DNA of 63,830 bases. Source: Stylophora pistillata. Lineage: Eukaryota. The DNA lies in assembly GCF_002571385.2 (NCBI RefSeq), contig NW_019218428.1, positions 15,792 to 79,621 on the forward strand. The letters are read 5' to 3'. The notes beneath the pieces are model-generated. The model saw only the letters and a program-made list of their open reading frames with translations, searched no databases and had not been told where the DNA came from. Of this stretch, positions 28,901-41,300 are shown in pieces. The translations under genes and the position numbers were made by a program. The stretch's first letter is position 1, and every line of letters starts with the position of its first letter.

Positions 28901-31900
28901 ACTTAAACCATCCCACTCCCAGAAGTCCTTTTTGTCAACTCCCTCTCTCGCTGGGAGGTAGCGCTTCCCTGAAGGGGCTGGATGGAAATCAATTTGTAGT
29001 TTTGAATGAAGAATGAAGAGTGGTCCTCCGGGGACGGCAGACATGCTTACCGATGTGAAAATAAAAATGATAGCAGCTACTGAGTACAATTATTCTGAAC
29101 TTGCAGGAATGAGACAAAAAATCTTCCTCTCAGCAATCCGCTGTGATCCTATTGATATTAAGGCATCTCTGTTTTTTTGTGTTTCTGTTATTTATTTTTC
29201 TACATTAATATGTTGACATTTCGTCAGTTCACTCCATTTTGAGTAAACTTTTTGAAATCAAGAAACTATCTGAAATGTTGTCAAAGCACTGAAAATGGCA
29301 CCCTTTTTCAAACAAAGTCAGATACAGCTCACTTTGATTAAAAAAAAAAAACAAGTTTGAAAGAACTACTGCCATGCATTTATAACTGATAATAAGGTTG
29401 ATGCTCCGAATGAGATGCCACAACCTACATGTAGAGATCACATTTCGAGAGGTGATTGTGTTAGTGAATTACTTAGGTTGTATCGCTTTTTGGTTGTATC
29501 GCCTTTTTATTGTTTTTGTATTGCTTGCTGTGTAAACAGCAACTCGGCAAGACTATGTTGTTCTAGAATGCACTCTGAATTTTTGTTTAATCTGCAGAGC
29601 AGATGGGCACAGTTCGGTGCAGTGATGCATTTAATTTTATTTCCAAGACTATCAATTTTGCTGAACTTCTAGAAAATGTTGCTATTTCGTTGACGTGGAC
29701 GTGGAATTTGGTGTGTCAATTATTGTAAAGGAAGTATATTAAGCCAAAAAAAATAGAAGAGGAAGCAACTTGGGGGTAAAATAAAAGAGCCACTTCAGTA
29801 AAAAAAAAAAAAACGCACGTTACAGTTTACTGGTACATTTTGAAACATTTCAGTCTTTGTTTGTCTAGGTTTTGATCGCCGTTTTATCCATCCAAAATAC
29901 ATGTTAACCTCCACCATCTTTTGTAATACTTGGACCCTCTTAGTGTCTGTACATCAAGTAAAAATGACGTTTTTGGGATTACCTTATTTTAAAAGTTGAA
30001 AGTTACTTTAAGCGCAGTGGATGTAGATCAGACAACGGTAACAAAGCCGCTTAAATCAAAAACGAACAAACTTACGGTCTTGATGTCTGAGTTGTCCTTT
30101 CTGCTCCTTCCATATGAATCCCGTGGCAATCTGACAAAACGCGTAGAATATGAGATAGTGAACGAACCGGGTTGCCATTCTTCCAGGTGTAACTGAGAAA
30201 GCTGTTTGGTTTTTTAACTGAAGGGTTCAGTTGTCACGCTTCTTTCTATCTGCACCCTGCACCAGAAATTAATCAGAAGGTAGCCTTGCTTGAGGTAGTG
30301 TCAGTTGAGCGAGTAGTATGCCTGTCAATCAAAGCGAACCAAGTGACCCGTAAAACCATCAACTGTCTCTTAAAACGTGACGAAAGTATTTTCTAAATGT
30401 CAAAAGGCTTAACAAAAGGACAAACATTACAATAGAGTGCCACATCTTGTCGCATTTTTGAAGTGCTTTTCAGACGCCTTCCACTTGCTCTTGGTCTTGT
30501 TTGCTTTCGTTTATTTTCATGCTTTTTCAGAACTCGGTCGTTCTTCTTAGGAATCCTTATTAGATAAACGACCATCAACGATATCAAAGTTTGCAACATA
30601 GGAAATAAAACTTATCACAGTATTCAAAGCTTATTAAAACTTAGAAGGTGCAACGAGGGTAAAACGAAACTTTGTTTGCGAAAGAGTGAGAGGGAGGCTC
30701 TGAGAGCACACACTATTTTGTTCCCAAATTTTTAAACCTATCGACCAGAAATAGCGAGGAAGAGAGCTTACCTTTCCTAGTGAAGCGTTAACGATTTTGC
30801 TGTCTGTTAGTGAAAAAATGGAAGACGAGAGAAACGTTACGGGTTGGACTTTCCAGTAGTTATAAATTGTCAAAGAAAATGTTCAAGTCCTTTCTGTGTT
30901 CTAAGAACTAATTGATTAAGGGTTCAATGCATTTCAATTTAGTAGAAATTATTAGCATATCGTTGAGTTTTGTGAACTTTCTGTTTTTCTCACCGCACCA
31001 ACTGGTTCTTGTTTAAAGATAAGATCTTGACGAAATCGCTTAAATGAAATGAAATGATGTGACATTTTATTTCCAGAATATTCTGCACTTATTCTTTATG
31101 CTTATAATTTCTCGAAACCTTAAAAAAACAACATTGAACTAATCAGTGCTTATCAGTATTAATCAAATGTAAATCCACGACCATTTTTATGCAAATCTGT
31201 GTAAAGAATTTTTCTCAACATCAAATTCCAGCGTAGAAGGTACGAGAACAGGGCAAGGAACAGATTAAACGTCTAACCTTGTCAAAGTGATTTATGCAAT
31301 CCATGTCTGTAAAGATAATTACCTTTGGATTTTGGCCTTAAGCTTTACAGTTTAGAAGTGTTATTCTTACAGTTTTCGGTCCTTGTACAAATAATTTGTT
31401 TGTTCAGTAGAACTTTGCGACTTATAACTATCAAAGGTCAGCATTGTGTTCACCCAGATTGAAATTGAAGGCCCTTGTCAATTTATTGTTGCGAATTCCT
31501 CAACTCAGTTGGAAAGTGTAATTGTCTAAATGATGATTACAAAACATCGCCAACTGATGTAATTTTCGACTTAAAGCAATTTGCATTGCTCATCTTGTAC
31601 AGGCCGAGCCATCATCGGTTTTTATTTTGCCGGCCGAGGCCTGTGGCGTAATCTTCATTCTTTACTTTGAGTAGGACAATTAGAAAACTGTTCAGAAGCC
31701 GATGTGTTTAGTTATTTTCTTTAGGGTAGATAGATATTTGAATATTTCTTTGCCTATTTTCTTCGTCGATTATTGTGTTATCACTTTTTATAAGTCGTTG
31801 TTGTGGCGCTGCATATAGTCTGAAAAGAGAGACCTGCTGTGATGCGGAATCGATTACTAACAGCATTACTCCCTACAGCTTTCATTCTGACTTTTGTCTG

Positions 31901-34605
31901 CTGAATGACCCTATGAAAGAGAAATTTCACAATAAACATAGGCAGAAAGAAGCTAACGGTACGGCTTAATTCTGCTGGTATAGAAAGGTTGCGTATATTT
32001 TTCCTTTGACTTGAAGATGCCTTGTCAACTGTTTTGACTTTGACTTCCTCTACTTCATTGGTTTATTGTAATCTCTGTTAAGTTAGACGATTCTTGAATT
32101 GCAGAGAAGTTTTCTTGTTAAGTTTGTGGTTCAAGTTGTAAAACAAGAATTTTACGCTAAGACAAAGCCAACCAGCTTTCTATCACTAGAGAATTGTTAA
32201 GTTCTCGGTAATTTTGCCACTTAAGACGTTTGACTGTGCTCCTTATTAATATACGCCTACTTTTAATTATCTCACAAAATTTACACAAGTGACACATTCG
32301 AGAACAAAACAAGACTTCATTCTAGAAATATTTAGATGAGAGAGACGTTTGTTTATGATGTGTCCCTCCCATTTGTTCAATTGAAAGACGCCTAATTTGT
32401 TATTTGAAAAACCGTCAGGCAGACCTATTTTGTTTGCATTTCAAACAAAGTAATGTCGATTAATCAAGTGTGGAGAGAGTGTTGTTTTGTTTCTTAAATT
32501 TAACCCTTTCACTCCCCCAAGATCTCATTAGTAATTCTTTTCACTGTCTGCCATACAATTCTTATGATGTTAGTTTGGAGAATTTGGTATTGGATCAACT
32601 GATGATCCCCTAAAATATGTTTTTCTTTATTCTCATCAATTGTCTGCTTGATATTGTATTAAAGGTGTAAGGAGAAATTCTGTCTCGGTCACTCATCGGT
32701 GTGAAAGGGTTAAGCGCCAGCCTTACTTTTTCTGCATGCCCTGGCAAACTTCTAAATTTGATTAATTCGATCACCTACTTTGCTTCTGAAATGTGACTTT
32801 TTTTAATTTGTCACATTTTTTGTCTTTCAGAGTCAACAGCTTCTGCGTAGAATACTTGAAGCAGCAGTTTCAGATGTCAGCAGTCGCTCGACTTCTCCTC
32901 CTGCCTCCACTCTTGACGAGTTGGATCATGAGCCTCAATTTGAAAATGAGGCGCCGGCTAAGCAGGATGATGATGAAGTGTCAATCGCAACCGAAGCTTC
33001 TAGCAGTACATTGGGTTCTACTCCACCTAAAATTGAACCAAAGTAAGTGATAACGTGCAAGGCATACCTCATTCCAAGGCAAGAAATATTTAACATGCAT
33101 GCGCTTTACAAAGTGCAAAAATCTAATTGGCTAAACAATGTGTGTTCTTGACCTTTATGGCACGATATATGTGCGTCAGTCGCGGTTTTCCACACTCCCA
33201 ACCTAAAAGGGTAATTTTACTTTCTTGGAAAACTTATTTCGATTTATTGTTATCACGCTTTTTAAAAAGAGGTTGTAAATCGTCGTTTTATCAATGCCAA
33301 ACAATCCAATGGTTGAATTCAAAAAGGGTGAGGGACTAGGGTTAGTAGGAACCGAGTCTTTATTTTTCATATTCCGCTTATTCTGCTGCCATTTTATCAT
33401 CGGCAAAGAATGTTAAAGCAATTTTTTCAAAGCCTGACATAATTCTTTATGATTGTTTTTTTTTTCGTTGGGCCCGCGATTACACTATGTTCAATGGCAC
33501 CTATTTTGCGTCCACTTCTCTCGCTGGATATCTGGAAAAAAATAGATCATTAACGTCATAACAAACGTTTTTTTTTAGTAAATCCAAGGAAGAGAATCGC
33601 CAACCAACACCAGACCCGACGGTCTCTTACGAAGATGATTTTGAAGATGAAGTTCCCCTAACTGAAACCCCTGCGTACCTTAAAATGATGAGCAGTGCCC
33701 ACTCTGAGCCTGACGATGATATAAGTGATCCTCTGGCCAAGACTAACCCGCAAAAACAAGAAAGCGAGGCTGACGAAGACGTTGAGAGGGAACTGGCACG
33801 GAGTATATCCCCGCCTATGACGTCACCTAGTCAGAAATCACACAATCATTCAAAGAGTGGGAGGCAGAAACCAAAACTTTCTTTGTTTGAAACTGATGTA
33901 AATAAAAAAACTGACAAAGACTTGAGTGATAGCTGGGGAGGAACATCTCTGAAGTCTGCTCCATCCAACATTTCCGATTCCGACTCAGTAGCATCGCCTC
34001 CGTTATCACCGGATGATGTAATTGGATACACACCAACTGCTTTGGAAAACCAGCAAAAGAATGATAAAGTTGACAAGGAAAACGACAAGAGCGAGCCTAA
34101 GTCCGTTACTGACTCCAAAGCCAAACGAAAAACAGGTATTTCATTTGAATGATCCTCACTAGCTTACTTGATAACTTGTAATGTTCATCTGGAGAAGTTT
34201 GTCTTACAATAGGCAAAACAAACGGTTTTTATTCCACGACTTAAGAACAGACGAACACATTTTATCAATTTTTGAATGATAGGCAAACATGACGAGAAAC
34301 ATGTTATTTTTCTCCGTGAGTCCCGGGTGTATGAATCCCATGAAAGGAAATTTCAGGTGGGGATTCTTCATAAAATATCGTAACCCAAGAAACTGAACGA
34401 TGAGACTGAACGACGGACGCGGTAGTAATTTTAAGCTGTTACTGACGTTTCGTTGTTTGCCACTACCATTAGGAATATTTCTTGTATTTTTTCCTAAATA
34501 GATTTCTGGAATGCCTCAGACACGGAGTCCGAAGTGGATTTACAGCTGAGTACCGGGGGAATGGACCAGGAGGATGACGATGATGATTTTGATTTCTACG
34601 GTTAA
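4980..34605 (+). CDS. KIZ: Centrosomal protein kizuna-like (10 exons; 22.5-kb intron 10361-32830)
   Basis: Exons: 4980-5059 (start uncertain), 5849-6011, 6452/6461-6556, 6639-7361, 7765-8852, 9364-9528, 10210-10360, 32831-33042, 33579-34135, 34502-34605; phases join consistently. The N-terminal coiled coil ICDHEKRSKERNRELLKDFERV, the PLTETPAY motif and the C-terminus FWNASDTESE...DDFDFYG* resemble kizuna as I recall it. Confidence 0.8.
5507..5680 (+). mobile_element. tRNA-derived SINE (degenerate)
   Basis: A-box-like TAGCTCAATGG and B-box-like GGTTCAAGCCC followed by a non-tRNA body (AGACCAACACTCAAGGTCTTAAAATAA). No complete cloverleaf. Confidence 0.6.
7564..7667. mobile_element. MITE with 27-bp TIRs and 9-bp target-site duplication
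   Basis: CAACCTCGTTCCCAGGGTCTCTCATCT ... AGATGAGAGACCCTGGGAACGAGGTTG, flanked by direct repeat TGCTCAGTG (7555-7563 and 7668-7676). Confidence 0.85.
11125..11700 (-). mobile_element. 3' fragment of a LINE (L2/CR1-like), 5'-truncated
   Basis: Minus-strand remnant reads approximately TFLVSSILLWN.L...IRSSETINSFKRKC, typical of a LINE ORF2 C-terminus, with a (TTTA)n tail at 11125-11149. Boundaries approximate. Confidence 0.6.
14637..15861 (-). CDS. Secreted single-VWA-domain protein A, nested antisense in KIZ intron (275 aa)
   Basis: Exon 1 15756-15861 (MWTFIMALVLSLFFWQDSSA-FIWERTK..., signal peptide, phase-1 GTAAGT donor) and exon 2 14637-15358. Furin-type RRRHRR, then VWA with MIDAS DSSGS, TNT and IITDGQSN. 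Confidence 0.85.
20763..22016 (-). CDS. Secreted single-VWA-domain protein B (paralog of A); leader exon has an in-frame TGA
   Basis: Exon 1 21917-22016 (MIAAKVFLLL*AGTLSQC-FVWERTKK...) and intact exon 2 20763-21469. KRRHRR site; MIDAS DASNS, TNT and LLTDGSSN. Shares TNTQDAL, RAFQLK, ASSTDxHLYRV and IPPW with A. Confidence 0.8.
27303..27903 (+). mobile_element. Penelope-like retroelement 3' remnant: GIY-YIG endonuclease fragment plus downstream pLTR-like sequence
   Basis: ORF 27303-27689 NYIGLTEGTFKQRFNRH...TELSKYIW...CLTEK...LLNKRSELISKCRH matches the PLE GIY-YIG C-terminal pattern. It is followed by a hammerhead-like motif. Confidence 0.85.
27864..27903 (+). ncRNA. Minimal type I hammerhead ribozyme motif (C3-to-U variant)
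   Basis: CTGT-[T]TGACGA-GTGC-GAAA-GCAC-GAA-ACTC-A-GAGT-A-ACAG: stem I CTGT/ACAG, stem II GTGC/GCAC, stem III ACTC/GAGT, GUA cleavage triplet. Confidence 0.7.
27928..29073. repeat. Large inverted repeat, apparently perfect (565-bp arms, 16-bp spacer)
   Basis: 27928-28492 is the reverse complement of 28509-29073. It starts immediately after the 11-N gap. Confidence 0.95.
28206..28256 (+). ncRNA. Hammerhead ribozyme core in PLE-derived hairpin (mirror copy at 28745-28795, - strand)
   Basis: CTGACGA-GCGC-TTCG-GCGC-GAA-ACTC-A-GAGT-A-ACAGAG, closed by a long stem (28176-28290). Confidence 0.65.
30076..30178 (-). CDS. Orphan leader exon C of the VWA family (signal peptide plus FIW motif)
   Basis: MATRFVHYLIFYAFCQIATG-FIWKEQKGQLRHQD, 103 nt, phase-1 GTAAGT donor. 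Size, phase and F(I/V)W motif match leader exons A and B. No dedicated VWA exon is visible downstream. Confidence 0.65.
32500..32713. mobile_element. piggyBac-like MITE (TTAA ends)
   Basis: TTAACCCTTTCAC ... GTGAAAGGGTTAA. Related degenerate copies near 1415-1540, 39700-39835, 44590-44780 and 53670-53925. Confidence 0.7.
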
Positions 34606-35303
34606 GACACGAATAACAAAGATTCGCGCATTTGGTGGTTCATGGGTGTCCAATGCAAGGGGAGAAAGTGACTTGTCGAAAAGAAAGCGCGGCAAACCGT
34701 CTGGAATTGATGTATCTGTGACTAATTAAAAGGAATTTATCGTGGCATTTCATACTTAAAAATTCGATGCAGGCGGCGTTAACTTGCATCATTTTCTTAC
34801 CTTTAAATCATTTTAATAGCATGGTAAAGTTTCATTTCACTTGAAATCTGACGTTACTTTTATTTGTGCATCAGTGTTACCATAAAGTGAATTACGTTTG
34901 GAAATAAATCTGCACGAAGCTCTTTGTATGCCTTGTTTGTACATAAATATAGCACGAGACAGCTGATTTCTCAACTGCTAATTTTCGTTCGATCATCTTA
35001 TTTATTAACATTTCCTTCTTCATAATATTTACCCTTTTTCTGAGAAAATAGCAAAAACTAATTACGATCATATCTGTGTGTAAAGTGACTAAATTACCTC
35101 GATCATCGGGGTCATTAAATATTTGAATTTTCAAGAAATATTTACTTCAAACTAGAATTCTGTTACGGGCAGAATTGCATGTTACTGTAGGTGAGTTAAT
35201 AGAAAGAAATGATCTAAATAAACTTTAAAATTTTTGTTATTGCGATTGATTCCACGTACAGACGTCTTCGGGATCTTTTTGTTAGAAGTGACTTGTTTGG
35301 AAG

Positions 35304-38300
35304 TTATTCTTTTACATCATTAGCTTGTAAGGAATAATATACAGAATTGTACCAAGCTGGATTTGTTAGTGGTACAGCCAAGATGAGAAACATCACCAGT
35401 CCGGCCACAAATGACACGCTTATGACTGCAACAGACAAAACAAAGTTTCAGGATCAATCAGGAAAATCTTTCTGCCAAACTACATCACATGCATAAAGGG
35501 AACGAGCATGTTTAGATTAACCAAAAACTTTTTCTTCACACTGCAGTCTCTTGGTAACTTCAGAAGGATTGAAAACCTGTCGACTCTCCGAGTTTATCAC
35601 CAATCCGGTGAATTTGTTGTCGACCACACGGCAACAATTTGGGTTTTGTGTAAGACAAAAAAAAAGTATCCTAATTATGTGCTTTAAAAGCTTGTTTCAA
35701 GAACTGTTTTCCTTTTTAGTCACAACCAGTTAAAGACTATATTAATACACTTTCCGAACGAGTCATATCTAATACTAATTAAAAGTATCCACAACGAAAG
35801 AACAACACATCCCAAGAAACACGTGAAAACTCAAAGCAAAAACAAACAAATGTCCATAGCGCACGAAAACACTAGTTACCAAGTCGTGGTTGATTTTAGT
35901 TTTGCATCGGATTGATTAAGAGGATCGGACAACTATTATAGTCCGATCAGAATTAAGTAAGCAAAACCAAAAGGAATCCTTGATATCTTATTACACTCAA
36001 TTTAAAGGTACTCTGACGATCTCATTGAGATTTAATCTTCAGTGTGTTTTGGAAACTGACTCACTTCGTGGATACTTGGAGCTTGGTACTTGATCAAGAG
36101 GTGGAAATCCCATGAAATTACAAAAACTATGGCACAGAACTGGACCAATTAGATGACCTTCAAGGGAGTGAGAATACCAAACAAAATTCATTGTGATTAC
36201 TGCCATGAGGACAAAAAGATCAGTGGGATGACTGACTGACTGACTGACTGGCTGATATGCTGAGTGAGTAAACAACCATCAGGTGTATCTGTAACAGCTG
36301 ACCAACTGAACAACTGTGTGACTTCCAGATTAGCTGACTGACCACTAACTGTCTGACTTAAGATTGAATGACCGGCTAGGTGAATGGCTGGCTAACTATC
36401 CTGCCAATTCTACAATTCCTCCATTTGCTCTGACAGAGGGCTAATGCTCAAAACATAAGCTTTTTAAATCTTTACGGTGGCCACTTTACATTATCATTAA
36501 CCAAATTACCTTGTTACCCCAACTGATGCAGCACCACAATTTCTTTAGAAACTCACCCCCTTTGCCCTGCCAATTAGCTGGGTATATGATTGAGTAACAG
36601 CTCCATTGACCCAGCTCAATGATTAATCAAGTGAATATTCTAATGGGTAACTTCAGGTGTCACTGACTTTATAACTCACCAGTTCTTAAAAACAAGAAAG
36701 CTGTATAGCCTCCAAAGACCGTTGTGTAACCAAACTGAAAAACTGAAAGACAAAAAGCAGCAATATACTAGAGCAAAATGAACAGATTACGTGTTTTTGA
36801 TAGCAATGAACAGAATTGATTTTGCATAAAATTCCTCAAGGTTTACATCATCATCAATGCAGTCTGTAATTCCCTATGCCTCAGGAAACCACTCTTGTAA
36901 TGATTTTGTCATCGTTGGGTTTTCTACAACACACCTAGGCAAAATTTTATCACCAAACAACTCGTTTATTGCTCTTTTTTGCAGAAATTTTAAACATTGC
37001 CTCTACTACAATGAATTAATAACGATAATAAGACTGAGTAAAGTCTAAATTCATTCTAATTTATTAGCTTCCTAGCTTTGCTAAGCCCCTATGGTTATTC
37101 CAGGCTGCTAATACTCCAATTTTATTTCTAATAATTTCTTTCAATTTTGTAACTTTTTTGCTTAGAGCAAGTATGAATGCGAGTACAAATAAAGATTATC
37201 CATTATCCATTATCCATATCCATTGTGTAATCATACAAGGGGTTGATGGTCCAATTTGTTAATCATAGGTATAATTACCAACAGAGTTGGATGACACAAA
37301 GTCCTGTTACCAATTTATCAAAACTAAAACTACAACAAAATTTGAAAAAAAAAACGACATGGGTTATACTTTTTCATAGAAAAACAATAGTTAACTCAGT
37401 GAAATGAGCCCCAAAAGTACACACACTTGATGCATACAGTCCATTTACTCCAGCATGAGGTGTCAACTGTGTTTCGTTGAGAAAAGTATTTAATTAGATA
37501 TGAGTCATAATTGATTGACAATTTAATTTCCCTTTTCATTAAGTTCATGATACACTTGGGATTAGTAACTTCGTAAGATCGCGCAACGTGTTCAAAGTTC
37601 ATTTTAGAAGGAATCGTTCCGTGCTAAATTGTTCTCTCGCTGACCAGTGTTTCATATGATTTTGCCAACCAGATCCCCAATTGAACTGCCACCCCATGTT
37701 TACGAGTGATTAGGAATAATCTGCTGGATATCGTTACAGATTAAGTAAGCGGTCAACAATATGCGACTAGTCACTGTAGTTCGTTTATGTTGTGGTTTGC
37801 CCTATCTAATATTATGCAATGTTTTCCTTTATAGATCGGAAAAAAAAACAGAAATCATTCTCCCCGGATCAAACTGTCTTATTACACTGTCCAGTTACAA
37901 GCATGACGAGCACACTTTCCTATTAGCACTCAAATTGGGCTGGTGATAACCAATCCTGTTTGAGAATCTTGTTATAGTTTTGATCAATTAATCAATTAAT
38001 TAATCAGTTGATCTCTTACTTGCAGTTGACCATACATCTTTAGGGTTCTCTCCTTGTTGCAATCTCTCAATTACATGGTGAATATGAGCTGATGACAACA
38101 TAAATTATATTAATTTTATTACATAATTGTTTAAGACAAAAAATTCTATTTTCTGAACACAAATATGGAAGCTGAAGAAAACACAATGCAGAAAAAATGT
38201 AAGTAAATAGCTCCTAATATGGTTAATAATGTTATTGGCTGAAAGTTCACTCTTGAGCCTCATTTTTTCCTTTTTTTTGCCTCAAATCTCTGCTACTTTG

Positions 38301-41300
38301 TTGTGTTCATTAGATTTCTGATTTATCTCTGTTTTGGAAGAGTATATTCTTAACAAAGTCCACCTTTCTCATTAAATCTCAACAGTTCACAACTCGGTCA
38401 CACCAGAAAGAAAATGACCATTCAAAACAAAAAATGCACAAAGATGATTGCTGTTTTAACTGAAGTTCTGGAGAATCTGACTCTAAACTCACTTTCAGTG
38501 CTTGTAATAAACCTTACCTACTCCAAAGAATAATGGAGAAATAAAAATTGGCATCACATTTCCAAATCCAGGAACCAACAGAGGAATAAGACATGCTCTG
38601 TATACAAGCTCTTCTGTGAGGGGGGCCTATAGAAATGAATTTAAAACTTGAGAAAAATCATACATAAATTAGTCTCTGAGTAATCTGCACACAGTTCACT
38701 TCTCAGAATGTAACCAAATGCATTAATTATACAGCAAAAATCCTAGTCTTTATTTTGGTATTGTTCAGAGTTGATCAAACCTTCCTAATGCGCAAGCAAT
38801 TGACTGACTGACTTATTTATAAAAATGAAATCAATTAGAAAAAATAACTGAATATGTTAAGAACTTGAAAACTGGTTTAACCTACCACAAGGTAGTTCCT
38901 CAAGTTAATGGCATTAACCCAACTGGATGGATATTCAAGAAAGCCTGGCAAAAAAAAAAAAACAATTAAAATTACTCCCCACCCATTCCTGTGACTGAGG
39001 TAACATAGTTAGAAGCCATACACACTAACATGAATTACTGAATATGTTACACAGAAATTCACCTTTCACATTCTCAGAGTCCCCACTGAAATAAAGCAAT
39101 GTAATGGGTCCTAAAAATAAAATCTACAGTGGAGAAATAAAAGCAAATATGTTATAAGTTTGAAATAAATTGCACTTCTTTTTTTCAAAAAATTGCTTAA
39201 ACTGTTAAGAAAAACTAAATAGAATAATAAATAACATTACATCTTACCACTGTTAAAACCAAAGGAAAAATAATTGATATAATTATATTTTCCACATGAA
39301 TCCCTAAATATTTCCAAAGGGAGATACCCTAAAAAGCAATACAACAGAGATGTTATTTCAATCTGAAATAAAACATAGAATTTACAATAACCTAAAGAAG
39401 GAGAGATTTTTGATACACACAGAAACAAATACTTCAAGTTGGTGGGGTTGCTTTCTTTAAGTTTGTAGCCATATATGAAGTGTTTAGACTCAATTCCATT
39501 GATATACTGTACCTCTCTCTAAGGGGATCCCACTACAAACTGCAATATCACTGCAGACCTCTTAAAAGAGATGCAGGTCGGTGCAAACTCAAGTGCTAAT
39601 GATGGTGAAATTTAAGAATCTTCATACAATTTTCACACTTATTTCTCAAGTCAGTTTCATATGTAGGTGAAAGGCACAGTGAAGAGTATATAAAAAATGA
39701 TAACACAATAGAACAAGTTGCCCTTTTAGAAAGAAGCTCTTGATTGTTAAACAAATTCTCCTTGTCAGCACCTTACTAAGTGTATAGAGAACAGTATGGA
39801 GAATATGCATGCTGATGTTAGGGTGTTCAGGTTAAGAGTGCCTGTCAGTGAGAAATATAGATACACTTACATTGTAATCTAAAGATCCATCAGCCCACAG
39901 CCAAACATATAGTGGAGCCAACAAAGATATGAAAAAGACACTTCTGAATCTTTGCTTGATGGTTTTAGGATGATCCCTGCAGATAAATAATTGAGCAAGA
40001 TTAATAAAATTTAAGTCCATAATTACAGAACAATCATGGAATAGTTTCTCACTAAAAGACTGCCTCAGATATTAATTAATTCAACAGTTTTTCTGAATAG
40101 GCCGGGTGTTCTGCAAGAAAAATGCAAGAGGTAATCCACTTACACAAAATGCAATATGTTCAGCCCATAATTTTACATTGATAATATATATCACTTAGAT
40201 TCTCAAGATTCTGCATTTTTCTAACTCAGAATAATTAAAAAATGCCAGCGCTGTGTGACAAATATGGTAATTACCAAATAAGAAACACTCACTCTGGTAC
40301 GCTGCCTGATTAAGGTGGTACCGAAGGCTAAATTTGGTGACTTCTATCTCAATTTGTGAATACAGTGGAACCTGTATAATGAGCAGTTACCCACAGGGAA
40401 AGGCACAGGGTCACCACTTAACACAGGTAAACCACTTAACACAGGTTGACCACTTAACACAGGTTGACCACTTAACACAGGTTGACCACTTAACACAGGT
40501 TGACCACTTGACACAGGGTAACCACTTAACACAGGTTCACCACTTAATACAGGTTTCACAGAAGAGGGGTATTAATAAACTATAAAAAAAGCTATTTTGG
40601 GTCATTATTGTTGACCCAATGTACAAAACCAGTTACTCAAAAACATGCTCAAAAATACAACTGGCGTTGATTTCAGGAGAGAAACATGAGCTAAAAGTTA
40701 CTTGAAATATTTTGTTTTTGGTTTTCTTTAAGTAGACATTGAATTCAAGTGGAAGACAATTCAAACAGTCAGTTGGGACTAAGTAATGGATGACCATGTC
40801 TGCTTGTCATAGAGGTGACTGCCTAACAGAAGTGAAAACTGTTGCATAATCAGCAATTCATTTGAGCAATCATTAATCCTATTCATTCCCCCATTCACGC
40901 CTTGTCACGATATAAATACTTGTTAATTAGTGCCCATTGTCCCAACCGTAATATATGCAGAAATGCTACCAAATAATTATATAAACTCGTGAGTTTAGTT
41001 CTACTGAGAGGATTATTACTTTGATTAGTGTGTGTATGAATGAAAAAACTTTTTTTGCAGAACCAAGTACTTAACAAAAACTACAGTAATTGAGGGGAAA
41101 CAAATTCGAGACTTTGACAACTGACCATCTAATACGGTGCAGATCAATACAAGTTTGACTGAATAATTATATCTTTACTGACAGATTTGTTACGATGACT
41201 TGAAATTTTCACAAGGGATATATGATTATACACATAATTTGAAAAAAAAATTTTAATTTACTCAGTGCTATGGAATTTGTGGTATTTTATGGAAATAAAG

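Noticed and set aside
27928-29089. Identical peptides in ORFs 27852-28109 and 28892-29089
   Set aside because: A consequence of the palindrome, not duplicated genes.
40334-40585. Repeat-protein ORFs (TQVDHL)n / (GQPVLS)n, and CRISPR-like appearance
   Set aside because: Contiguous 18-bp tandem repeat with no spacers, intronic, in a eukaryote.
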